The translations under genes were made by a program, and so were the position numbers. A DNA stretch of 64,000 bases, from positions 466 to 64,465 of the forward strand of contig JACRHW010000023.1 of the NCBI GenBank assembly GCA_016217555.1, read 5' to 3'. Positions 1-8,816 of the stretch are shown one piece after another. The stretch is from Parcubacteria group bacterium (lineage in GTDB: Bacteria; Patescibacteriota; Minisyncoccia; UBA6257; JACRHW01). The notes beneath the pieces are model-generated. The model was not told where the DNA came from, did not search any database, and saw only the letters and a program-made list of their open reading frames with translations. How positions within the stretch are numbered: position 1 is the stretch's first letter; every line of letters begins with the position of its first letter.

Positions 1-94
1 TTCTCAGTTGGTAAATGACTCTTTAAATTGTACCACAGCCACGATATGGTATACTAAAGACTAATTACTAATAAACTAACATACTCACTCACTT

Positions 95-811
95 ATGACT
101 GAAGAACAACGAAAAAAATTAAATGTTCCCGCCTCAGAACTTCCTACCTTTGAAAGTCCTGACGATTTTAGATCATCGCTCCATTGGAAGATATTTCGCA
201 TTATGGCGGAACTTGTTGATGGGTGGCAATTCCTCGCCGATTTTAAAAAAACAGTTACTATCTTTGGTTCCGCGCGCTTCAAAGAGGGAAATGAATGGTA
301 TGAAATGGCACGAAAACTTGGAAAACTTCTCGCTGAAAATGGATATAGTGTGGTGACGGGGGGTGGACCAGGCATTATGGAGGGGGCAAATAGAGGGGCG
401 CATGAAGCAGGGGGTATTTCTATTGGACTCAACATAAAACTCCCTTTCGAACAGCGCATTAATCCTTATGTGAATCGCGATATCTCCTTCCACTATTTCT
501 TCACGAGAAAAACCATGCTCTCCTATGCCGCACAAGCATATGTGTATTGTCCTGGTGGATTTGGCACCTTTGATGAGCTTTTTGAACTTATCACCCTCAT
601 CCAAACAAAAAAAATAGAGGCCCACGTCCCTGTTATCCTGCTCAGTAGGGCATACTGGGAACCCATTGATGCGTTGATACGCACACAACTCCTTGAAAAA
701 TTTGATACTATCGGCGAAAAAGATATGGCAATCTATCAAATCGTAGATACTCCAGAAGAAGCTCTCGAAATCATCAACAAGTCCCCAGAACGCAAAAGCT
801 TTGGATATTAA
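95..811 (+). CDS. LOG family (TIGR00730-type) nucleotide phosphoribohydrolase
   Basis: FGSAR, TGGGPGIMEGAN and PGGFGTFDE (PGGxGTxxE) motifs. Confidence 0.92.
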   Translation: MTEEQRKKLNVPASELPTFESPDDFRSSLHWKIFRIMAELVDGWQFLADFKKTVTIFGSARFKEGNEWYEMARKLGKLLAENGYSVVTGGGPGIMEGANRGAHEAGGISIGLNIKLPFEQRINPYVNRDISFHYFFTRKTMLSYAAQAYVYCPGGFGTFDELFELITLIQTKKIEAHVPVILLSRAYWEPIDALIRTQLLEKFDTIGEKDMAIYQIVDTPEEALEIINKSPERKSFGY

Positions 812-823
812 TCCCAAGGAACA

Positions 824-1663
824 ATGGACACGCAAAATCAAAAAAAAGATGTAGCCTTTTGGCTCGTTGTGGGAGGTGCTGTTTTTCTTGTTGTCTATTC
901 TGCCCTCTTCAACGTTTGGGGCCAACTAGCAGAATTGTATTACAACTCCTATTATTCACTCGATCTAACAAAAAGTCTTTTCTGGCTCTATGTTATACAA
1001 CCGGAAAGTTCCCCTCTCCCCTTTTTCTTAAGTGGATTTATCACCTGGATGATTACAAGAAAGATCACATCGTGGGCTCCCAAAAAACCAAACGAAACCA
1101 TAGAGCAAAGCGCACAACAACAAGCGCCTCAACCGCCCTTATCCCTCCCAAAAAGCTATATATTACAGATAAAATTTGTCTCATGGTCCATAACTGCCAT
1201 AGCCGCTTTTTACTTTCTTTGGTTATCTAGTTCGCTTTTAATAGGATGGAAAGCTGGAACAGCCAGGCCAGATGAACTTTTCTGGGGATCAATGATGTTG
1301 ATAGCTATCGTAGTTCCCCTTGCATTTCTTGCCTTTTCATTTACATTATTTTCTCTACGTCTTCTCAACAAAAATCCACTAGCCGTACTCGTAGCATATT
1401 TCATTGCATTACTTGTCCTCCTTCCCGCCTCTCTCATGATGTTTAGTGACGCGAGTTTGGGAGGATTTGTTTGGCAACTTTTGTTTTTTCTCATTCCTCC
1501 TTTATTTTTCACTCTATCTCTCATACACACTGTGATAGTAATAAGAACGTTTAATGCAAACGAACCAAAGAAAAACTCCCTTATGACAGTAGCACTTTCT
1601 ACACTCATTGTCGCCGATCTTATCGCATCCATCATCATAAGCGTAAACAGCATAACTCCCTAG
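824..1663 (+). CDS. Hypothetical multi-pass membrane protein
   Basis: 279-aa ORF with about 7 hydrophobic segments, 12 nt downstream of LOG. Confidence 0.75.
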   Translation: MDTQNQKKDVAFWLVVGGAVFLVVYSALFNVWGQLAELYYNSYYSLDLTKSLFWLYVIQPESSPLPFFLSGFITWMITRKITSWAPKKPNETIEQSAQQQAPQPPLSLPKSYILQIKFVSWSITAIAAFYFLWLSSSLLIGWKAGTARPDELFWGSMMLIAIVVPLAFLAFSFTLFSLRLLNKNPLAVLVAYFIALLVLLPASLMMFSDASLGGFVWQLLFFLIPPLFFTLSLIHTVIVIRTFNANEPKKNSLMTVALSTLIVADLIASIIISVNSITP

Positions 1664-1679
1664 AGGTGACAGCAAGGAT

Positions 1680-2072
1680 TTACCACAAAGAAAACACGGA
1701 GCCATACAACACCGTGTTTTTTATACGCCCAAGAAAAAAAGATGAGGCGTTACATACCAACGAAACACTTAGTGCCCTCTTCCAAGAAAGTCCTAATATA
1801 TATTTATAAAATACTGCCTCTACCAATACTGCAAAAAATTCAGAGAGAATAAGTGCCTTTCTCCACGAATCGTAGAATACTACAGGAAAAACATACCAAA
1901 CATAAGGAATCGTTGCGAATGTTGCAAAAAACCCGACAAGCACAAGACGCCCGAAAGAAGCCCCCTCTTTTTTAATTCGAAATACGCCTCGAACAATCCA
2001 TAGCAGAATAATTGTTTCAATAACAATAGAAAAACCGAGTGCAGAAAAAAAATGCCTAGCGTACGTTAACAT
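1680..2072 (-). CDS. Hypothetical 4-TM membrane protein
   Basis: Hydrophobic ORF with intramembrane Glu residues (IET, SEFF, VEA) and a terminal NxSS motif; overlaps the upstream gene by 7 nt. Confidence 0.75.
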   Translation of the reverse strand: MLTYARHFFSALGFSIVIETIILLWIVRGVFRIKKEGASFGRLVLVGFFATFATIPYVWYVFPVVFYDSWRKALILSEFFAVLVEAVFYKYILGLSWKRALSVSLVCNASSFFLGRIKNTVLYGSVFSLW

Positions 2073-2965
2073 GTTCTACCAAACAAACCCTTCACGAAAC
2101 ACCATACACGTGCCCACCAAGATTTTTGAACAGCTGAAGGTGCCTGTTTCACCTCTGTACTTGAGGCCTGTTGCTGTGATTGTACAACCTGTTGTACTGG
2201 AAAATCTGTTTCTTTTTTTGATCCATCATCGAGTGTAATGATCTCTTTTGTTTTGTTGAGTATAAGTTTACCGTCAGTAGCGCGAGTAACTACATATGTT
2301 AATTCTCTATTTTTAAGTGAGCTCGGAAGCGGAACCGTAAAATTACCATCGTCTGCAGTGACAACAATATGCCTATCGTCGTCCGCAAATCTTAGAAAAC
2401 CATCATTTGGATTTCGAAAAGCAGAAAAAAGATTCTCCATTTCTTTAAGACCTGTCTGGTATCGAGCAGTTACACTAAACTCCTTACCGTCTGGATATAA
2501 ACTATCTCTAGATCCATAAACAGGAGTCCCAAAACCATTATTCTCACTATAGGGATGGTAAATTGTCTTGCTATTAAAATACTTTAAAAAATCATTTTTG
2601 TGTATAGCCACCAGCCCTGTCATTTTCAATGGAATTACGCCACCACTACTGTCAAATTGACCAAACTCCGCACTATTTGTGATTGGTGCATATGTTTCCC
2701 CGACTGGATCCCTATCATATTCAACCCAATTTCCAAGGAGAATAAGTTCGCCTTTTAAATCGTCTGATAATAAAACCCTGATAGTTGTACCCACCTCTTT
2801 ACATGTTGGATTTTCATACTTCTGCAGATCATAATTATACTCACCCAAACAAGCCGGAGCAGGGGGACCTTTTGGTCCATCATCTGCTTTTACCAGCGCT
2901 GTTGACACAACTAACGCAGATATCGCAACGAAAATTCCCACAATGATACTATTTTGTTTTTGCAT
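2066..2965 (-). CDS. Secreted hypothetical protein with C-terminal amphipathic Cys motif
   Basis: Signal peptide ending VKA|D; Gln-rich linker; C-terminus WWARVWCFVKGLFGRTC. Confidence 0.8.
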   Translation of the reverse strand: MQKQNSIIVGIFVAISALVVSTALVKADDGPKGPPAPACLGEYNYDLQKYENPTCKEVGTTIRVLLSDDLKGELILLGNWVEYDRDPVGETYAPITNSAEFGQFDSSGGVIPLKMTGLVAIHKNDFLKYFNSKTIYHPYSENNGFGTPVYGSRDSLYPDGKEFSVTARYQTGLKEMENLFSAFRNPNDGFLRFADDDRHIVVTADDGNFTVPLPSSLKNRELTYVVTRATDGKLILNKTKEIITLDDGSKKETDFPVQQVVQSQQQASSTEVKQAPSAVQKSWWARVWCFVKGLFGRTC

Positions 2966-3023
2966 ATTTTTAAAAATTAATTACTTAGTTATTTTACCAT
3001 CAATACCCCAGAACACAAAAGTA

Positions 3024-3052
3024 TTGATAAATCCGTAAAAACATCGTACAAT
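3024..3052 (+). promoter_or_regulatory. Putative sigma70 promoter for hppA
   Basis: TTGATA-N17-TACAAT. Confidence 0.45.
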
Positions 3053-3075
3053 CGTAACATTATTACTTAACGTAC

Positions 3076-3238
3076 TTTGAATTACGAAATGTATATTTCT
3101 CACACGTTCGCCACTCCAGCGAATGGCTCACTCTTCCGCAAATGCTTCGTTGTCAATCCAGCTCGCTCCAACTCGGGATTGACAACACCCAGCTTCGCAT
3201 TCGCGGAATGGTTCGAAACACACATTTCGTAATTCAAA
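3076..3238 (-). repeat. Structured ~163-nt dispersed element, copy 1 (MITE-like or ncRNA)
   Basis: 24-bp terminal inverted repeat and internal stems; core nearly identical to 51001-51161. Confidence 0.85.
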
Positions 3239-3258
3239 ATAATCTAACAACAATTTTT

Positions 3259-5247
3259 ATGATGAACTACGTCCCAATCGTTGTTTCGATAGTAGGTATT
3301 CTCTATAGTGCCTATCTCATTCGATCGGTCATGTCGCTCTCTGCAGGTGACAAAAAAATGCAGGATATCTCAAAGGCAATCCAGGAGGGATCCCAAGCCT
3401 ACCTCAATCGACAAAACAAAACCGTCGCTGTCGTTGCGGTTATTATTATTGCCGTCCTCTGGTTTACACTCGGTAAACTTACCGCGCTTGGTTTCCTTGT
3501 TGGTGCCTTCTTGTCTGGACTTGCTGGATACCTTGGCATGAATGTTGCCGTACGAGCAAATGCCCGCACGACAGAAGCTGCCAAGAAAGGTATGGAACAT
3601 GCACTCGAGGTAGCATTTCGAGGTGGCGCCGTAACAGGAATTCTCGTTGTCTCTCTCGGACTTCTTGCGGTAAGTGGCTACTACACACTCACTAAAGATA
3701 TTTCTAGCCTTATTGGTCTCGCTTTTGGTGCAAGCCTTATCTCTGTCTTTGCGCGTCTTGGGGGTGGTATTTATACAAAAAGTGCTGATGTGGGCGCAGA
3801 CCTTGTGGGAAAAGTAGAAACAGATCTTCCGGAGGATAGTCCACGCAACCCAGCTGTCATTGCAGACCTCGTGGGTGATAACGTGGGAGACTGCGCAGGT
3901 ATGGCAGCAGACCTTTTTGAAACCTATACCGTTACCATCATTGCAGCGATGCTTCTTACCAATCTCCTTTTTCCAGGAAATCTCTCCCTCCTTACGCTCC
4001 CCTTTAATATTGGTGCATTAGCCATTATCGCCTCCATTCTTGGTCTTTATTTTGTACGTCTCGATAAATCGAAAGACATCATGCGAGCCCTCTATAAAGG
4101 ACTTTTCTCAAGTGCAATCCTCGCAGCTCTCTTTTTTGGAGGATTCATAAAATATTTCCTTGTTGACAGTGGTACGTTATCACATCGCAATATTTTCCTC
4201 TCACTCCTTATTGGTCTTGTCGTAACTGCTATCACGGTTTTGATTACTGATTACTACACGGCGAAAAAATATAAACCCGTACAAGATGTTGCAGAAGCAG
4301 CAAACTCAGGTCATGGCACAAACGTCATCATGGGTCTCGCAGTGGGGCTTGAAGCAACCGTACTTCCTGTGTTTGTTATCGTAGGAGCCATGCTTACCGC
4401 ATTTCATCTTGCAGGGCTCTATGGCGTAGCACTCGCTGGCCTTGGCATGCTCTCCTTAACTGGTATTGTAGTAGCCATCGACTCATTTGGTCCTATCACC
4501 GACAACGCTGGTGGTATCGCAGAGATGACCGAACAATCCGAACACGTGAGAAAAATTACTGACGCCTTAGACTCTGTAGGGAACACAACAAAAGCCGTTA
4601 CAAAAGGATATGCTATCGCCTCAGCTGGTCTTGCTGCGATCGTTCTCTTCTCATCATATATTCAAGAATTTACAGCAACAGGACGAAAAATTGAACTTAT
4701 TCTTCAGGATCCATGGGTTCTTGCCGGTATCCTCATTGGTGCCTCTATTCCTTATCTCTTTGCCTCCATTGCTATGCGCGCGGTAAGTACTACCGCACAA
4801 GCAGTTGTACAAGAAGTACGTACACAACTCAAAGAACATCCTGGCATCTTAAATGGTAGTGCACTCCCTAACTATGCAAGAACAGTGGATATCGTAACGA
4901 AAGCAGCACTTAAAGAAATGACGGTTCCAGCACTTATCCCTGTCGTAGGTGTTGTAGCAATCGGTCTTGTTCTTGGAGCAAAAGCAGTAGGAGGACTTCT
5001 TATTGGTTCTATCGTAACGGGTATCTTTCTTGCCCTCTCAATGACGACGGGTGGCGCCGCATGGGACAATGCAAAAAAACACATTGAAGACGGCAATCAT
5101 GGTGGTAAAAAATCACAGGCTCATCGCGCAGCAGTAACAGGAGATACTGTTGGGGACGTCTACAAAGACACTGCAGGTCCCGCCATTAACCCAATGATCA
5201 AAGTAGTAAATATAGTGGCACTCCTCATGGTAAGATTTTTAAGGTAA
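3259..5247 (+). CDS. hppA: Membrane-bound pyrophosphatase (H+/Na+-translocating), probably K+-independent
   Basis: DVGADLVGKVE, DNVGD, DNAGGIAEM, GNTTKA (Lys at the A/K signature), GDTVGD; start placed at ATG 3259, after the repeat element. Confidence 0.96.
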   Translation: MMNYVPIVVSIVGILYSAYLIRSVMSLSAGDKKMQDISKAIQEGSQAYLNRQNKTVAVVAVIIIAVLWFTLGKLTALGFLVGAFLSGLAGYLGMNVAVRANARTTEAAKKGMEHALEVAFRGGAVTGILVVSLGLLAVSGYYTLTKDISSLIGLAFGASLISVFARLGGGIYTKSADVGADLVGKVETDLPEDSPRNPAVIADLVGDNVGDCAGMAADLFETYTVTIIAAMLLTNLLFPGNLSLLTLPFNIGALAIIASILGLYFVRLDKSKDIMRALYKGLFSSAILAALFFGGFIKYFLVDSGTLSHRNIFLSLLIGLVVTAITVLITDYYTAKKYKPVQDVAEAANSGHGTNVIMGLAVGLEATVLPVFVIVGAMLTAFHLAGLYGVALAGLGMLSLTGIVVAIDSFGPITDNAGGIAEMTEQSEHVRKITDALDSVGNTTKAVTKGYAIASAGLAAIVLFSSYIQEFTATGRKIELILQDPWVLAGILIGASIPYLFASIAMRAVSTTAQAVVQEVRTQLKEHPGILNGSALPNYARTVDIVTKAALKEMTVPALIPVVGVVAIGLVLGAKAVGGLLIGSIVTGIFLALSMTTGGAAWDNAKKHIEDGNHGGKKSQAHRAAVTGDTVGDVYKDTAGPAINPMIKVVNIVALLMVRFLR

Positions 5248-5267
5248 CTTTCTAAGACATAGTACCC

Positions 5268-5300
5268 CAAAAACCCTCGAGAGATCCTTGGGGGTTTTTG
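5268..5300 (+). terminator. Intrinsic terminator after hppA
   Basis: CAAAAACCCTCGAG...CTTGGGGGTTTTTG hairpin. Confidence 0.6.
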
Positions 5301-5359
5301 ATTATTATGTATATTCTTGCTACGCTACACGTAGTTCATTTACAACAAGGAGGTATTCC

Positions 5360-5671
5360 ATGAAAGTTAGGTTCTTTATTCACCTCAAACGCAAAGAATA
5401 TGCAAAACGTGTAAAAAAAGAATTAAAAAAACTGATGGGAGGGAAAGTCGTCGTGTATCTGGATCAAAATTGTATACACCAGGTTGGAGAAACAGATCAA
5501 CACACTTATGAAGCAACTTTTGGGGTTACCATTGAATTACGAACTGCGACAAACAAAGAAGCAGATGGTGTAAAATACTGGAGAGTAACATCATACCCAG
5601 AACTACCACCCGAATTAAAAAATCTTGCTGATTTTGTTGAAATAGATCGACCTCTCGCCGTAACTCTATAA
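5360..5671 (+). CDS. Hypothetical protein
   Basis: AAGGAGG 6 nt before ATG 5360; followed by a hairpin and T-tract at about 5679-5706. Confidence 0.65.
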   Translation: MKVRFFIHLKRKEYAKRVKKELKKLMGGKVVVYLDQNCIHQVGETDQHTYEATFGVTIELRTATNKEADGVKYWRVTSYPELPPELKNLADFVEIDRPLAVTL

Positions 5672-5741
5672 ACACAAAACCCGAATACCCTCGGGTCTTT
5701 TTATTTCTAGGATGTACACATTCGGATGCAGTACGCCCTCT

Positions 5742-6647
5742 TTATCTCCCCATTTCCCTTAAGGCCCTAATCCTCTCTTCGATAGGTGGGTGCGTCATAA
5801 AAAGCGTATGAAGCCATGGCGTCTTCTTCTGACCTTCGAAGGGATCGCTTAACCACAAATGCGCGGTCGTACTATTTGCAGTAGGCATAGGAATAGCACT
5901 CGCCGCGATCTTCTCTAGTGCACTCGCCAAACCCTCAGGATAACGGGTAAGAAGCACTCCCGAGGCGTCTGCGAGCGACTCACGCTTCCTTGAAATAGCG
6001 AGTTGCATAAGCGTAACTGCTATGGGAGCGAGAATAGACAGAGCAATACCTATGATAATAAAAATGCCATTATTCCCACCGTTATCATCGTCTCTCTCAC
6101 GCAATCCACCCCACATCCATGAACGTAAAAACCAATCTGCAAGAAGAGATATAAATCCTGTCAAAACCACAGCGACAGTCGAAACAAGCATGTCTCTATT
6201 TCCTACATGAGAAAGTTCGTGTGCAAGCACCCCCTCAAGCTCGGTGCGATTCATGATCCGCAAAAGACCCTGTGTTACTGCAACCACAGCGTGCTGTGGA
6301 TCACGACCCGTTGCAAAAGCATTGGGCTGATCTTCAGGAATAATATAAATCTTAGGTGTTGGTAACCCTGCGGTAATCGAAAGATTTTCGACAATACGAT
6401 ACAGCTCTGGAGCATCTTCAAAAGAAACAGATTGGGCACCCGCCATACTAAGGACAATTGAATCAGAAAACCAGTAGCTAATGATACTCATAAAAGAGCT
6501 AAAGAAAACAGCTACATACAAAATATTGGAATTTCCATAAGCCCTCGAGAAAACAAACCCAACCCCAATCACCACCACAAAAAACACGGTGAACATCAGC
6601 CATGTTTTTCGAATATTCGCTCCTTTGTATGTATAAATATTTGCCAT
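5742..6647 (-). CDS. htpX: M48 zinc metalloprotease HtpX
   Basis: PNAFATG, HELSH, SRKRESLAD, THPP; adjacent to lemA. Confidence 0.95.
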   Translation of the reverse strand: MANIYTYKGANIRKTWLMFTVFFVVVIGVGFVFSRAYGNSNILYVAVFFSSFMSIISYWFSDSIVLSMAGAQSVSFEDAPELYRIVENLSITAGLPTPKIYIIPEDQPNAFATGRDPQHAVVAVTQGLLRIMNRTELEGVLAHELSHVGNRDMLVSTVAVVLTGFISLLADWFLRSWMWGGLRERDDDNGGNNGIFIIIGIALSILAPIAVTLMQLAISRKRESLADASGVLLTRYPEGLASALEKIAASAIPMPTANSTTAHLWLSDPFEGQKKTPWLHTLFMTHPPIEERIRALREMGR

Positions 6648-7202
6648 CTAAAACTTCACGGCAACAGGCTCTTTCGCAGCTTCATCGTTGAGTTCAAAGA
6701 ACTCGCGCTTTGTGAAACCAAGTGGTCCCGCAATAACATTGGAAGGAAATTTCTCTATTTGAATATTAAAGTCACGTACGTTTCCGTTATAAAACCTGCG
6801 TGCTGCCTGAATCTTATTTTCGGTATCAGCAAGCTCATCCTGTAGTTTAGTAAACCCCTCAACAGCCCTTAGTTCTGGGTACGCCTCAGCGATAGCAAAG
6901 ACACTCTTTAGTGCCGAAGTCATCATGTTTTCAGCAGCAGCCTTTTCCTGTACTGATTGTGCACCAAGAGCCTGTACTCGGGCCCTACTTACATTTTCAA
7001 ACGCCTCGCGCTCGTGAGTGGCGTATCCTTTTACTGTCTCAACAAGATTAGGAATAAGGTCATAGCGACGCTTTAGCTGCACATCAATATCTGCCCACGC
7101 CTCATTTGTCTGATTTTTCCCCCCCACCAAACCGTTATAAATAAGAATAGCCCAGAGAGCAACTACACCAAGTACTACATAAAAAATATACAATGAATTC
7201 AT
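6648..7202 (-). CDS. lemA: LemA family protein
   Basis: IDVQLKRRYDLIPNLV, EAYPEL, ENKIQAARRFYN. Confidence 0.95.
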   Translation of the reverse strand: MNSLYIFYVVLGVVALWAILIYNGLVGGKNQTNEAWADIDVQLKRRYDLIPNLVETVKGYATHEREAFENVSRARVQALGAQSVQEKAAAENMMTSALKSVFAIAEAYPELRAVEGFTKLQDELADTENKIQAARRFYNGNVRDFNIQIEKFPSNVIAGPLGFTKREFFELNDEAAKEPVAVKF

Positions 7203-7365
7203 ATTTTTTTAACTTATTAATATACAGAAAGAGTACCACAAAAGAACTCCTTTCAAAAGAGCCTTTGGTAAAACAAGAACGAATTACCGATTTCGCAAAC
7301 CGACAGTCTTCCCTGCCTTCTTTGCGTGCTTTTTCTTTGCAATCTTTTTCTTTTTATACATACTG

Positions 7366-7437
7366 TGGTCCCAACGGGAATCGGACCCGTATTTACGCAT
7401 TGAAAGCGCGCTGTCCTAACCATTAGACGATGGGACC
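7366..7437 (-). tRNA. tRNA-Glu(TTC)
   Basis: Cloverleaf GGTCCCA...TGGGACCA, anticodon loop CTTTCAA; no encoded CCA; T-loop reads TCCGATT. Confidence 0.9.
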
Positions 7438-7683
7438 TTATTCTTTATAATCTTATTTTTTTACCACACGACATGCTTTTTTTCAACCTAAGATATAAAC
7501 ACTAACAAAAAACTAAGTTGTTGCAGAATTAATTTCTCTAAAACTTTACGTGAAGAATTGTCATGGTTAGCACAATTGGTAACCAATAAAGATCAAATCA
7601 CAAAACTTAAAAACGTCAAATATCCCATGCTTCACCATTTGATTCTTTATGCAAATCTATGGTACAAAAGGAACAATCAAAAA

Positions 7684-7773
7684 GGAGGAGTGGCCGAGTG
7701 GTTTAAGGCGACAGTCTTGAAAACTGTTATACCCGAAAGGGTATCGTGAGTTCGAATCTCACCTCCTCCGCCA
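7684..7773 (+). tRNA. tRNA-Ser(TGA)
   Basis: GGAGGAG...CCTCCTCCGCCA, anticodon loop CTTGAAA, long variable arm, GTTCGAAT. Confidence 0.96.
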
Positions 7774-7775
7774 AT

Positions 7776-7808
7776 AAAAATACCACTTTTGAGAAGTGGT
7801 ATTTTTTT
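7776..7808 (+). terminator. Intrinsic terminator after tRNA-Ser
   Basis: AAAAATACCACTT-TTGAG-AAGTGGTATTTTTTT. Confidence 0.75.
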
Positions 7809-7838
7809 ATATTTTGGGTATGCTAAAAATACTATTTT

Positions 7839-8816
7839 ATGCAACACGGATTTTGGGAAAAATTAAAGAAACCGATCATGGCAATAGCACCGATGGCGAA
7901 TGTAACCGATGCCACTTTTCGACAGATATTTGTAGAATGCGGGAGACCAGATGTCTTTTGGACTGAATTCGTCTCTGTCGAGGGACTTCTCTCTCGTGGC
8001 AAGGACCAGCTCCTTATTGATTTTTGGTACACCGAAGCAGAACACCCTATCGTAGCTCAAATTTTCGGAGCAAAACCTGAGCAGTTCGAAAAAGTAGCAG
8101 CAATGATATATGAGCTTGGTTTCGACGGCATCGATATTAACATGGGATGCCCCGACCGTGGCGTCGAAAAACAAGGAGCTGGTGCAGCACTTATAAAAAA
8201 CCCTAAGCTTGCAAAAGAAATTATCAGAGCGACACATCGTGGTGCCCAAGGACTCCCCATCTCCATAAAAACACGTATTGGGTATTCTAAAAACCAGATT
8301 GAAGAGTGGGTCCCCGCTCTCCTTGAGGAAAATATCGCGGCACTCACTGTTCACCTACGCACACGAAACGAAATGTCAGATGTTCCCGCACACTGGGAGT
8401 TTGCTCACGACACAGTAACCCTAAGAAATCGCCTTGCACCCGAAACACTCCTTCTTGGTAATGGTGATCTCTACACATTAGAAGAAGCACATAAAAAGAT
8501 AAAAGAATCGGGAATGGATGGTGCAATGATTGGGCGCGGGATCTTTGGAAACCCATGGTTCTTCTCGGGGTATGTTCCAACAACAAAAGAACGTCTCGTA
8601 CGCATGGTAGAACACACCGAACTTTTTGAAAAACTATTCAAAAGCGATCACGGAAAAAAAGACGGAGGTGTAAAAAACTTTGACATCATGAAAAAACATT
8701 TTAAAGCGTATGTAACAGATTTTGATGATGCAAAAGAACTCCGCATACTCCTTATGAAAACAAAAAACGCATCAGAAGTAAGAAAAATTATAAAGCAATT
8801 TATTGCAACAATATGA
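7839..8816 (+). CDS. dus: tRNA-dihydrouridine synthase
   Basis: APMA, TEFVS, DINMGCP, KTRIG, HLRT, GNGD, MIGRG..GNPW. Confidence 0.93.
   Translation: MQHGFWEKLKKPIMAIAPMANVTDATFRQIFVECGRPDVFWTEFVSVEGLLSRGKDQLLIDFWYTEAEHPIVAQIFGAKPEQFEKVAAMIYELGFDGIDINMGCPDRGVEKQGAGAALIKNPKLAKEIIRATHRGAQGLPISIKTRIGYSKNQIEEWVPALLEENIAALTVHLRTRNEMSDVPAHWEFAHDTVTLRNRLAPETLLLGNGDLYTLEEAHKKIKESGMDGAMIGRGIFGNPWFFSGYVPTTKERLVRMVEHTELFEKLFKSDHGKKDGGVKNFDIMKKHFKAYVTDFDDAKELRILLMKTKNASEVRKIIKQFIATI

Noticed and set aside
173-925. 250-aa minus-strand ORF
   Set aside because: Antisense shadow of the LOG gene with no motifs.
3100-3140. Hammerhead ribozyme resemblance (TGA-stem-GAA) in the ~160-nt element
   Set aside because: The core reads AGAGTGA...GAAC rather than CTGANGA...GAAA, so the conserved catalytic nucleotides are missing.
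3142-3258. 39-aa N-terminal extension of hppA in the ORF track
   Set aside because: It is a translation of the repeat element; the PPase-like hydrophobic sequence starts at ATG 3259/3262.
7366-7773. tRNA-anchored prophage or integrative element
   Set aside because: No integrase and no duplicated tRNA 3' end was found in the window.
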